Shown piece by piece: positions 27,077 through 39,769 of a DNA stretch of 64,000 bases. The notes under the pieces are model-generated. The model was not told the origin of the DNA and made no database searches. It saw only the letters and a program-made list of their open reading frames with translations. Made by a program: the position numbers and the translations under genes. Origin of the DNA: Eledone cirrhosa (Eukaryota); contig OZ024762.1 in NCBI GenBank assembly GCA_964016885.1, forward strand, positions 3,658,001 through 3,722,000, read 5' to 3'. Numbering within the stretch: the first letter of the stretch is position 1; every line of letters starts with the position of its first letter.

Positions 27077-27559
27077 GTAATAATAATAAATTTGAAGACT
27101 AAAATCCAAAGAGCGCTCGATAAGGATAAATATATATCAAATATATAAGAACCGTAGAGCAAATATTTATTAAAATAACAGATTAAAGTTTAATCAAAGA
27201 ATCGCTGCTTTCACCCTTAACGGGATCTTCTGGAACTAACAAAGTCAATCTGTGAACGCAGAAGAGAATATTTCAAAAACGTTGCAACCGGAGGAAGACA
27301 GGAAGACGATACTTTGGTTCGTGGAAACGTTCCCTGGCAAAGGACGGAAAAAAACGAAGATAATACGTCATTATTTGGAGCAGTGAAAAACAATTACATG
27401 CAAAGACAAAACCACGTTTATGGTATAAAAGAAGTCGTAGAACGGAAAAAAAATTAATATATATATATATATATATACACGACCGTGACCTCTGGCGTCA
27501 CGCAGTAATACAGAGTACTCGACCTCCCATGGGTACAAGCTGAAGCATATAGACAATAT

Positions 27560-27850
27560 GCCCCCACACCCTCCCACTGCAAAGTGGTTGTGGAGGTGCC
27601 ACAGCAAAAAAGCACCCAGCCCACACTATAAAGTGGACTTGTAGGCACCACGGAAAAAGCACCCAGCACTCACTGTAAATGAGGTTGGTGTTAGGAAGGG
27701 CATCTGGCTGTAGAAATCAAGCCAAAATCAGTTCTTGTATGAGCAAGGCATGGTCAGCCGACCAGACACTGCCCACAACAGGACAACCCGTCTAACCCAT
27801 GCTAGCACGGAAGAACGGGCGTAAAACAGTGATGAAGATGATGATGATGA
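27560..27850 (+). mobile_element. SINE family D with (GAT)n tail
   Basis: Family consensus match. Confidence 0.8.
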
Positions 27851-28261
27851 TATATAATATATATATATAATTTAATATATATATATATATGATATTTGAT
27901 ATATATATATATATATGAAATGCTAATCAGAATGGATGCAGTAAAAACCAATCAGACCATTACTCACCAGAGTACTTGATATTTGGGGTAGTAAAGTGGG
28001 TAATATGAAAGATTTTGGACCTCGACGGCTGAGCACCTGCTGTTTCCAAAGCTAGATCCCGATCTAGCTGTTGAAACGGTAGGCACTCGACCGTTGGGGT
28101 CCTGAATCCTTCATATATGAATTGGTATAGATGTGTAAGTGTTTACATTCATAAAATCCAGCCTACTTATGCTAGAATGGAAAAAATGAATGAGGGGAGT
28201 GGAACACACATTTACATACATTCATATATATACACACACATTTCAAAGTTTATATATATAA

Positions 28262-28292
<31 letters not shown>

Positions 28293-28486
28293 AGTGTGTG
28301 AGTGTGTGTGTGTGAGTGTGTGTGTGAGTGTGTGTGTGTGTATTTCACTCCCTCATCTATTTTTTCCACTCTAGCGGAGGTGGGCTGGATTTTATGAATG
28401 TGAACACTTAAACATCTACAGCAATTTATATATATACATATGTATATGTATATACTCACACACACACACTTATATATATATATGTA

Positions 28487-28543
<57 letters not shown>

Positions 28544-28620
28544 GTATATATGTGTGTGTGTGTGTGTGTGCATATGAATATATATATATATATACATACT
28601 TTATTATATATATATATGTA

Positions 28621-28653
<33 letters not shown>

Positions 28654-29032
28654 GTATACATATATTTACCTACCTATATATATAAACATACACACACTCA
28701 CTCCCATACACACACACACATATATATATATATAAACATGCATGGAGTATATATAACAGTATATTTATTTCATATAACAGCAGGATAAAGTCCCTGTGAC
28801 TGCCATCTAAACCACAATCAGTCAACCTTGAAGCAGAAGTGAAACCTGTTTGTCAACCAAGCAGGTTGAATCTGTGGGTATTGGAAATTTAATTAACTCA
28901 TCCCTACTACCATCTCACTGCCATCATTTCCTCCTCAACCTAACCTACTAAATTGGAATCTTATATAGTGAAGGTTTCCAGTTAAACTGAACATATAACA
29001 ATGTTACACACACACAAATATATATATATATA

Positions 29033-29272
29033 TATAAGGAAAAGAAATTGAAAATGTAACTGGAGTCTTTTAAGAATATTTATTAACTTTACTAATTTCA
29101 TTGTTCTTATGATTTTCAAAAGTAAAATTGAGATGGAGGGTTTATGTTTCTGTTGAACTAGATGTGAGCCATCTCAATTTTACTTTTGAAAATCATAAGA
29201 ACAGTGAAATTAGTAAAGTTAATAAATATTCTTAAAAGACTCCAGTTGCATTTTCAATTTCTTTTTCTTATA
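29033..29272. mobile_element. Fold-back PLE pseudo-LTR-like element with degenerate minimal hammerhead
   Basis: ~105-bp inverted arms. Core tactt TTGAAAA tcataagaacagt GAAA ttag TA aagt. Homologue at 35590-35665 has GAAA CCGG TA. Confidence 0.65.
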
Positions 29273-29879
29273 TTTTTACCCCTGTGGGACATTTAAAAAA
29301 ATTTTACTTTCTTATATATATATATGAATGTAATTTATAGTATATTTGATAATATACTGTATGTTTATTTTAAAACATTTTGAAAACCATTCATTATGTG
29401 TTTTGCTGGACCAGCAACTGCTCGGTATAATCAGCTCTTAAACATCACTGGAATTCTATAAGAATCCAGCTTCTATAAGTCTCGGCAGAAGCAAAGGGAT
29501 AAGTAATCTTGATAACTGTTAACGAATGAGAAACAGCTGTCAGTTGCTTCCCTTTGTTTTTGCCGAGACTAAGTAAGTGACGTAGTCACTACTTTAAAAC
29601 TCATAGTAAATGGTCTTCAAAATGTTTTTAATAAACATACAATATATTATCAAATATACTATACATACATTCATATATACATCGCTATTTCAGAGCACTG
29701 ATACTAATTCCAAATATATATATATTTAATAATAAATGGGAACAAAGAATCAGTATTACATCATATACATATTTAATTACATATTACATCTTTCACTGCC
29801 GATCATATATATATATAAACTTTGGTGAGGGGGGGGGGGGGGGTTGTATACCATGTCTGCAAATACTGATCCTACACCC

Positions 29880-31240
29880 TCCAGTTATACCACTTCCAAC
29901 CTCAGTGCATGTTAATCTTGTTGATGAAGTTCATGCACAGGAGAGGGGACAAAACACACCCTTGGCAGAGTCCAACTCCTACATTGAATGGTTTCGAGTT
30001 AGCACCATTATGAACAGGAGAGGTAATAATATCTGAATACAAATACTTGGCCATTTCTATGGAAATATCAGAGCAACAAGCTGTTCATCGAGCCCGCTCC
30101 TGCAAAACCTTCCATAGCAAGTCCCATAGAATACAGTTGTAAGCGTTTTTTATGTCTATGAAGCAAGAATACACCGCTTAGCAGTAATCCAATGACTCTC
30201 AAAGACCTGCCACGATGTGAATATTTGGTCAGCTGTGCTGCATCTGGGATGAAAACCACACTGTTCATCTGCTAGTTTGGACTCGACAATATCCCTGCAT
30301 CTCTTTATCAGACAATTAGCATAGACTTTACTAGATCTCACATAATATCGAATCTGTGAGATTTTGATATTATTTATTTTGAGAGCAATACCTTAACATC
30401 AATATGAGTGGCCAGTATACGGCCTGTTTGAATAGAAAAAGGTGAGAGAATTCTGGCCGGAAATGGCCAGTTTAAATGCTAAAGGGCTAACAAAAAGATC
30501 CCTCTATAAATAGAGCAATCTCTCTTGTCTCCCTTTTTGAAAATTGGGATTATCACTCCTGATTGCTTTGGCTAAGGTGCCTTTCCAGAGAATACCTTCT
30601 CTATTTAAGGTTTTAAACATCTTGGGCCAGATTTCGTCCTCACCAACAGCCTTGCCATATTTAACTCTTTAACCCTTTAGCATTTATATTACTCTATAAT
30701 TACTTGTTTCTACTTTTGGCACAAGGCCAGCAATTACCCAGTGCATTACTGGTACTTCATTTTATCGACCTTGTAAGGATGAAAGGCAAAGTTAACCTCG
30801 GCGGGATTTGAACTCAGAATGACAAGGGCCGTAACTCTATATTACTCTATAATTACTATTATATTTTCATGGTTAACGCTTTGCCTCATATAATTACCTC
30901 ACATAATATCGAATCTATGACATTTTGATATTATTTATTTTGAGAACAATACCTTAACATCAGTATGAGCAGCCAGTTACGGATGGTTTGAACAGAAAAA
31001 GGTGGGAGAATTATGACCGGATACGACCGGTTTAAATGCTAAAGGGTTAATTGTTCTTGTGACATCTGCCAGATTAGTCATCGCTGCCAGATGTACCTTG
31101 TCTACATCAGATGCTGTTGTTGTGACTGGGTTTAAGAGATCAAAGTATTCTCTTTACCTCACAAGGATGCACCTCTCTGAAGAGAGGAAAACCTCATAAT
31201 CTCACTACATCTCTTTGTCAGACACTCTTTCCTTTTCTAA
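29880..31240 (-). pseudogene. Degenerate non-LTR (RTE-like) reverse transcriptase, interrupted by MITEs
   Basis: Minus: GKAVGEDEIWPKMFK, QKGDKRDC, DIVESKLADEQCGFHPRCSTADQIF, VGLCQGCVLSPLLC. Stops and frameshifts present. Confidence 0.8.
30673..31046. mobile_element. piggyBac-like MITE containing a 5'-truncated family A SINE (30705-30837, minus)
   Basis: TTAA TSDs at both ends. The SINE is flanked by the duplication tatattactctataattact. Confidence 0.85.
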
Positions 31241-31699
31241 GTCAAGAGGACTCTTGAGCTGTGTCAAAGACATGACAACCTCCCTAGTCCTGGTGTGAAG
31301 AAGGGTGTCCAGCTGGCGAAAATCTGTCAAAATAAAAGGATGAAGATGGTGCGATTTGGGAGGGTATTTAACTGTTGTTTCTAGCAAGGTGAGTGAAGGA
31401 AGGTTTGAAAAGGAAAACTGTCTAGTTTCTGGTTCTGAGGAAATATCATTGATTAATGTACTTTGGTCAAAGTATCGATATTAGAGGGGGGGGGGGGTTA
31501 GATAGATAGATAGAGAGAGAGGAGGAGCATCAGATAAAGGGAAAGAGAGGGGGGAGATAGGCGCAGATAGGAGAAGGGGGAGATAGAGAGAGAGGGAGAA
31601 AGACAGAGAGAGGGAGAAGGATAGATAGAGAGGGGGAGATAAAGAGAGAGCTAAGAACAAGTTTCATTCTGCCTGAAAACCTGATGACTTACAAGGGGC

Positions 31700-31731
<32 letters not shown>

Positions 31732-31952
31732 TATATACATATATATATATACACACATATATACATATATACATATATATATATATACACACATATATAT
31801 ATATATATATACACACATATATACATATATACATATATATATATATATACACACATATATACATATATACATATATATATATATACACACATATATATAT
31901 ATATATATACACACATATATACATATATACATATATATATATATATACACAC

Positions 31953-32007
<55 letters not shown>

Positions 32008-32197
32008 TATACATATATATATAATGTATATATGTGTGTATATATATATATATATACACACACATATATACATATATATATATATATACACACACACACA
32101 TATACATATATATATATATACACACACACATATATATATACACACACACATATATACATATATATATACATATATATATATATATACAGACATATAT

Positions 32198-32263
<66 letters not shown>

Positions 32264-32361
32264 CAAGGAAACAACAAACAGAGGTACAAAATGTCTTATT
32301 AGTTTAACGCTTTATACGGAAAAGGGGAAAGAAAGTTTCATACATACATAGATATAGATAT

Positions 32362-32412
<51 letters not shown>

Positions 32413-32511
32413 CATACATATATATGCATGCATACATACATATATATATACATATACATACATACATACATACATATTTACATGCATACATATATATATA
32501 TATATATATAT

Positions 32512-32542
<31 letters not shown>

Positions 32543-32891
32543 CATACATACATATATATATACATATATACATACATACATATATATATATATACATACA
32601 TAAATACATAATATATACATGCACACACACACATGCATACATAATATATACATATATACATGCATATATATATATATATATACATACTCACACACATATA
32701 TATATATATATACATACACATATATACATACATAAATACATACATACATATATACATATACAAACATATATACATATACATACATATATATATATATATA
32801 TATACATACACACATACATATATATATATACATACACATATATACATACATAAATACATACATACATATATACATATACAAACATATATAC

Positions 32892-32978
<87 letters not shown>

Positions 32979-33043
32979 TACATACATAAATACATAATAT
33001 ATACATGCACACATACACATGCACGCACACGCACACATACATA

Positions 33044-33085
<42 letters not shown>
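31700..33085. repeat. (TA)n/(TACA)n/(CA)n microsatellite expanses
   Basis: Direct reading. Confidence 0.95.
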
Positions 33086-33087
<2 letters not shown>

Positions 33088-33399
33088 GCCTTCCTCAAGG
33101 ACATGACAGACTGCTGGAAATTCAACTGACCACTTAACAATGGGGAACCAAACACTCTAACCACTGAGCCACATGACATTACTTCCTGACCCCCACAGCC
33201 ATCATGTGGTCAACATATTGACCACATGACTACATGACCAGGATGTCCACACCTGTTATTTTGGACAGCCACCAAACAACTGATACAGCTTAGTTATTCA
33301 TTCATCTGTCTATTATTGATTAGTATATTGATTTGTGGCTGTTGTACATACATAGACACATACATATATATATACACATACATACATTCATACACGTTT

Positions 33400-34262
33400 T
33401 TACATCCGCTTTTCCATTCTTGCATGGGTTGGACAGGTCCTTCTCGGCACGACATCTCCTCATTTGTTGCGTTCCTTTGTCATCTCCTCTGCCAATCTTA
33501 GCGATTTGAGGTCAACTCTCACAACCTCTGCCAATGTAAGCAATTTGAGGTCAACTCTCACAACCTCTGCCCAGGTCTTTTTTGGTTGTCCTCTACTACG
33601 GCTTCCTTCCACTGGGATTTCCTGGCATTTCTTTACCCATCAGTCATTGTCCATGTACATCACATGTCCTTACCAACACAGTATTCTCTCCTGCACACCA
33701 TCTCGGATTCTCCTTAAACCCAGCTTCTACCTCAGCTCGTCCAAGATCAGCCTTTCTCTCACATTTACATTGCACATCCAACGAAACATGGCTGCTTCAT
33801 TTCTCTCCAGTCTACGCATGTCCTCTATAGTCACAGTCCATGTTTCACTACCATGCAGCATCGTGCACCACACACAGGGGTTATACAGCCTTCCTTTTGT
33901 ATGTAGAGAGAAACCTTTTGTTGTCAGCAGCAGGAGCAGTTCTCTAAACTTCTTCCACCCTAACCTTATTCTAGCTATTATACTCTGGGAGCACCCTCTT
34001 CTACTGCTAATTAGGTCATCTAGATAGCAGAAGCTATCAACCACATCTATGGATCCTTCCTGTGACTGGAAAAGGTTTATATCATTAGCACTCTTCCTCT
34101 TGATTTCTCCTGTGTATTTTCAACAAGCAAAGTTCTCCCTTCCTGTAATACATATTATCCCACTCCATCTTTTGTGTACCCAAGATTTACATTGTGTACA
34201 TTGTATGGAGTTTATGCCTACTCCTTTTCTGCACATTGGCATATGGTTGCACATTGGCATAT
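33400..34262 (-). pseudogene. RTE-clade LINE 3' fragment (RT C-terminal region and tail)
   Basis: VDSFCYLDDLISSRRGCSQSIIARIRLGWKKFRELL..KGRLYNPCVWCTMLHGSETW..RRLERNEAAMFRWMCNV, then VEGSRSRGQPKKTWAEVV. The tail resembles that of SINE family D. Confidence 0.88.
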
Positions 34263-34559
34263 GGTTGGACAATACATGTGTCCCTAGACGCTTTTTGCGT
34301 GTAGGGATATATACTTTATTATATATATATATATATAGTAATAATAATAAATTTGAAGACTAAAATCCAAAGAGGGCTCGATAAGGATAAATATATATAA
34401 AATATTTAAGAACCGTAGAGCAAATATTTATTAAAATAACAGATTAAAGTTTAAGCAAAGAATCGCTGCTTTCACCCTTAATGGAATCTTCTGAAACTAG
34501 AAGATCCCGTTAAGGGTGAAAGCAGCGATTCTTTGCTTAAACTTTAATCTGTTATTTTA

Positions 34560-34599
<40 letters not shown>

Positions 34600-34629
34600 A
34601 ACAAAAGATGGTTAAAAGAGTTCCATGTA

Positions 34630-34696
34630 TTTTATTATGCGCATTTCAAAAACAAATATCATCATGCAATAATATTTGTGTTTTCATCAGATAAAA
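34630..34696 (-). ncRNA. Type I hammerhead ribozyme, intact core
   Basis: Minus: ttttat CTGATGA aaacacaaatatt attgcatgatg atatttgttttt GAAAT GCGC ATA ataaaa. All three stems pair and loop III is palindromic. Confidence 0.8.
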
Positions 34697-35098
34697 CAGG
34701 AAGACATAATATGAAGGTTAAAAAACACTTGTGGATAGTGCAGTTTTAAATCAACATATAAAACTCACCTCCTACATATATATATATATATATATATAAT
34801 GATGATCTATTTATTTATATGTATGTGTATGTATATATATATTCGACAGTCAATTGACTTTCGTCAAATCGGACCGAGGAAACAATTTCCAATTGCTAAT
34901 ACTATCTATTGGTCTCAACTCCAGATAGAAGAAGCAACATGAAAGTGTCTTGCTCAAGGAAACAACACATCATCCGGTCTGAGAATTGAACTCACAACCT
35001 TTCGATTGCAAAGCCAATGTTCTAACCACTAAGCCATGTGCCTCCATAGATATATATTTATTTATATTTAATTATGTAATAAACAACACACTATAATT

Positions 35099-35171
35099 AT
35101 TCCATTACTCAAGGTTTCATGAAGTTAGACGAGTCTAACAGAAGCGTCTGAATTGGTTCATCAGAAGGAAT
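35099..35171 (-). ncRNA. Type I hammerhead ribozyme candidate
   Basis: Minus: attcctt CTGATGA ...gttagactcgtctaac.. GAAAC cttga GTA atggaat. The downstream flank is homologous to that of the 9886-9948 copy. Confidence 0.65.
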
Positions 35172-35397
35172 CTTTATTTGGATAAAAGATATATATATAT
35201 ATATATATATATTATATTATATATATATATTATATTATATATATATATATGAAAAGATTCAGGACCCCGACGGCTGAGCTCAGGCCGTTCCGACAGCTAG
35301 TCCCATTGGGGTCCAGAATCTTTTCATATTACCCTCTCTACTACCCCAAGAATCAAGTACTCTGGTGGATTATGGTCCATTATTTACTATTTACTAT

Positions 35398-35587
35398 GGC
35401 AGAGGATTGGCAGTATCGGTAGAGGGTCGGACGCCATGCTTTGACGCATGGAGTTACGGCCCTTGCCATTCTGAGTTCAAATCCTGCCGAGGTTAACTTT
35501 GCCTTTCATCCTTACGGAGGTCGATAAAATAAAGTACCAGTAATGCACTGGGATAATTGCTGGCCTTGTGCCAAAAGTAGAAACAAT
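35398..35587 (+). mobile_element. SINE family A, full length
   Basis: Complete head, core and tail, flanked by a tatttactatttact duplication. Confidence 0.88.
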
Positions 35588-35703
35588 TATTTACTATTTA
35601 CTTTACCGGTTTCCCAGTTCTTATGATTTTCAAAAGTAAGATTGAGATGGAGGGTTTCTGTTTCTGTCGTGGTTGTTACTGTTTTATTTGTTTCTCTCTC
35701 TCG

Positions 35704-35766
<63 letters not shown>

Positions 35767-36173
35767 TATAGAGAGAGGGGGAGGAGTATTCAATCCTAAA
35801 TGCAAGGTCCATTCCATGTCAGCACGTCTATCAATGAAAACCATGCTACAGTTTGGACCATAAAATCTAGGTATTCTCAGGTAAAATCAACATTGCTTGG
35901 AATCACTGGATGGAGTTATATTGTCTGAAGGGAGCCAAAATTGTAGATATCTCCATCTGTTAGCTGATGAAACAAATAGTCTGCAGGGCAAACTGTATAT
36001 AAATATATAAATATTATATATACCATCATCATCACCATCAACACATCATTATCAAATTTATTCTATACACACACACACATATATATACATATATATATAT
36101 ATGTGTGTGTGTGTGTATGTATATGTATATATGTACATGCATATATATATATATATATATATGTGTGTATGTG

Positions 36174-36206
<33 letters not shown>

Positions 36207-36359
36207 TAGTACACATACATACAAAATACAATACACATGTACCTACATACACCCCCACCTCAGTGCTGTAATTTCTGAAGTAACAATGCACCAACTCTAC
36301 TTTGTTGCTATAGCAACAAATCTGCACCATTGTCATTGGCTCTTATTTTACATATGTCA

Positions 36360-36490
36360 CTATTATTGTTATTGCTGTTGTTACTGTTGTTGTTGGTATT
36401 ACTGCTAATGCTGCAGATGTTGTAACTGTTGTTGTTGTCGTTGATGTGGTTGTTGTTGTTGTTATTGTTGTTATTGTTGCAGTTGTTGTT

Positions 36491-36521
<31 letters not shown>

Positions 36522-36654
36522 CTGCTGTTGCTGCTGGTGTTGTTGTTGTTGTTGTTGTTGCTACTGTTGCAGTTTTTGTTATTCTTGCTGCTGCTGCTGT
36601 TGTTGTTGTTGTTGTTGCTACTGTTGCAGTTGTTGTTATTGTTGTTGTTGTTGC

Positions 36655-36685
<31 letters not shown>

Positions 36686-36832
36686 GGTACTGTTGCAGTT
36701 GTTGTTATTGTTGTTGTTGTTGTTGTTGCTGTTGTTATTGTTGTTGTTATTATTGTTGTTGTTGTTGTTGTTGCTGTTGTCGTTGATGTTGTTGTTGTTG
36801 TTATTATTGTTGCTACTGTTGCAGTTGTTGCT

Positions 36833-36865
<33 letters not shown>

Positions 36866-37080
36866 GCTGCTGCTGCTGTTGTTGCTGTTGTTGTTGTTGC
36901 TGTTGTTGTTGTTGCTGTTGTTGTTGCTGCTGTTGTTGTTGTTGTTGTTGCTGCTGCTGCTGTTGTTGTTGTTGTTGTTGTTGCTGCTGCTGCTGTTGTT
37001 GCTGTTGTTGTTGTTGCTGTTGTTGTTGTTGTTGTTGTTGTTGCTGCTGCTGCTGCTGTTGTTGTTGTTGTTGTTACTGT
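36360..37080. repeat. (GTT/GCT)n trinucleotide array
   Basis: Direct reading. Confidence 0.9.
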
Positions 37081-37309
37081 TTCATTAGTGTTAAGCAACT
37101 GAGATGCCAGTCCATCGCAGTGTTAGCCCCCCCTCCCCTTACTGACACCACCCATATTTCCAGCTGACTCCATTGAAGCAACCCAAAGTTAAGTGTCCTG
37201 CTCAAGAACACTAAGCACCATCCCCTGCAGGAATTGAACACATGACCTTGTAATCAGGATTCTACCACTTTAGCCCCTTAGTTACACTTAGTTACTAAAG
37301 TCCATCTCA

Positions 37310-37900
37310 GCCTTGAGACTCATCAAGCTGGTGCTCATCTCAGTTTCCATGCCGACTGAGAGTATAAGACTTCCCCTGGTCAGGACTCCAGTCCATCACA
37401 GGGTTAAAGTCTGGAGGCTCACCGAACCAGTGCTTAAACAACTCAGAGTACAAGATTCCATCCTGGACAGGACGCTAGTCCAATGCAGGGTTAAAGTCTC
37501 TTTTGAGTCTGGAGGCTCATCAGGCCGGTGTAATGCTTATCCTGGTTCCCATGGCATAAAGTGACTGAGAGTAGAAGACTCCATCCTGGCTAGGACTCCA
37601 GTCCATCGCAGGGTTAAAGTCTGTCTCAAGCCCAAAGACTCATCATGTCAGTGCAATGCTTATCCAAGTTTCCTTAGAGTTAAGCAAAGGAGAGTACAAG
37701 ACTTCCCCCTGGACAGGGCACCAGTCCATCACAGGGTTAGACCCCCAGCTAATGCTGGTACTTATTTTCAGCTGAGTATACTGAAGCAACGTTAAATGAA
37801 GTGTTTTACTCAAGAATACAACACACAACCCAGTCCAGGAATGGAACCCATGATATTATGATCATAAATCTAACATACTAATCACTAGGCCATGTGCCTC
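37310..37900 (-). mobile_element. Family C-type SINE with tandemly reiterated 3' segment
   Basis: Four copies of agacttcccctggacaggactccagtccatcacagggttaaag followed by a tRNA head at about 37800-37900. Confidence 0.65.
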
Positions 37901-38089
37901 CTTCATTGGCTACAAATCCTGATCTTTATGAAGGGAGATTGCTCATCTCCTTCACCAACTCTCCACCAGGGGTAACACAGAGGCCACTGATTTGAGTTGA
38001 CTGCTTTGGGGAAAAAAATATATCTTAAACTTAGGTCCTTCTACCCTGCATAGATCTTTGGTAGATAAATTCATAGTATATATACATAG

Positions 38090-38365
38090 GCACAGAAAAC
38101 AGCTTCTGCTACCCGGGAGACAAAATTAGCAGCAGAGGTGGATGTTTTGAAAGTACAGTAGCCAAGGCATGAACTGGATGGAAGGTCAGGGAGCTACTAC
38201 CACTGCTAACTACTACAAAAGGTTTTTCTCTCAAAATGAAAGCCAGATTGTATGATGCATGTATACGAACAACAATGTTGTATGGTAGTGAGACCTGGAC
38301 ACTGTGTGCAGAAGACTTGCGTAGAATGGAAAGAAATGAAGCTTAGATGCTCCGATGGATGTGTA
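38090..38365 (+). pseudogene. RTE-clade LINE fragment
   Basis: NSFCYPGDKISSRGGC...KGFSLKMKARLYDACIRTTMLYGSETW, same family as 33727-34044. Confidence 0.8.
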
Positions 38366-38377
38366 ATAATAATATAT

Positions 38378-38580
38378 AGCCATAATCTACTGTAGTAACT
38401 ACAATATCCCCCAAAAGACCTTCCAAATGTGACCATCCAGCCATAATCTACTGTAGTAACTACAATATCTCCCAAAAGACCTTCCAAATGTGACCATCCA
38501 GCCATAATTACAATATCTCCCAAAAGACCTTCCAAATGTGACCATCCAGCCATAATCTACTGTAGTAAGTACAATATACT
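38378..38580. repeat. ~61-bp tandem repeat, about 3 copies
   Basis: agccataatctactgtagtaactacaatatc.cccaaaagaccttccaaatgtgaccatcc. Confidence 0.85.
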
Positions 38581-38639
38581 CAATGTGACCTTCCAGGCTT
38601 TCTTAAAGGACGTAGGATGTGTGGGTGAGTACAGGGGCC

Positions 38640-39695
38640 TATATGTGTGTATATGTTTGTGTACGTCACTGTATGTGAGTGTATGTGTGTGTATGTTAGT
38701 GTATGTATATGTATGTGTACGTGAATGTACGTATATGTATGTGTACGTCAGTGTATGTATGTGTGTGGGTGACGGCATATGTCTATCTGTGTGTATATGT
38801 TTGTGTACATCAGTGTATGTATATGTGTGTGTGTGTATGTGTCTGTATATGTGTGTGTGTGTATGTGTCTGTATATGTGTGGATAACTACATATGCCTAC
38901 ATGTGTGTATATATATATGTGTGTATGTGTGTCTGTATATGTGTGCATGTATGTCTATGTGAGTGTATGTATATGTGTATGTATATGTGTTTATATGTAT
39001 GTGTGTATGTATATGTGTGGCTGACTACATATGCCTACATATGTGTATATGTATGTGTATGTGTGTCTGTATATGTGTGTATGTATAAGTATGTGTACAT
39101 GAGTGTATATATATGTGTGTGTATATGAGGGCATATGTATGTGTATGTGTGTATGTATATGTGTGTGTATATGTATATATATATATGTAGATGTATGTGA
39201 GTGCATGTATATGTGTGTGTATGAGGGTATGTGTGTGTATATGTATATGTGAAGGTGATTACATATGTCTATATGTGTGTATATGTATGAGCATGTTAGT
39301 GTATGTATGTGTGCAAATGTATGTGTGCGTATGCGTGTGTGCATGTGTTTGTATGTGTATATATGTGTGTGTATGTGTTTGTATGTGTGTGCACATATAT
39401 TTGTATGTGTGTGTGCATGTTTGTGTGTGTGCACGTGTGTATATGTGTGTGTTTGTATGTGTGTATGTGTATGTATGTGTATGTGTGTGTATGTGTTTGT
39501 ATGCGTGTATGTGTGTGTGTATGTGTATGTGTATGTGTGTGTATGTGTGTGTATGTGTATGTATGTGTATGTGTGTGTATGTGTTTGTATGCGTGTATGT
39601 GTGTGTGTATGCGTATGTGTATGTCTGTGTGTGTATGTGTGTGCGTATGTGTGAATGTGTGTGTGTATATGTATGTGTGTGTGTGTGTGTATGTT
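38640..39695. repeat. Degenerate (TG/TA)n array
   Basis: Direct reading. Confidence 0.9.
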
Positions 39696-39769
39696 TCCTT
39701 TCTAGGTTGTTCCTATAGCAACGTCAGACAGGGAATGGAAGTAGCAATGGTAGCTGTGGCAGTGGTATT

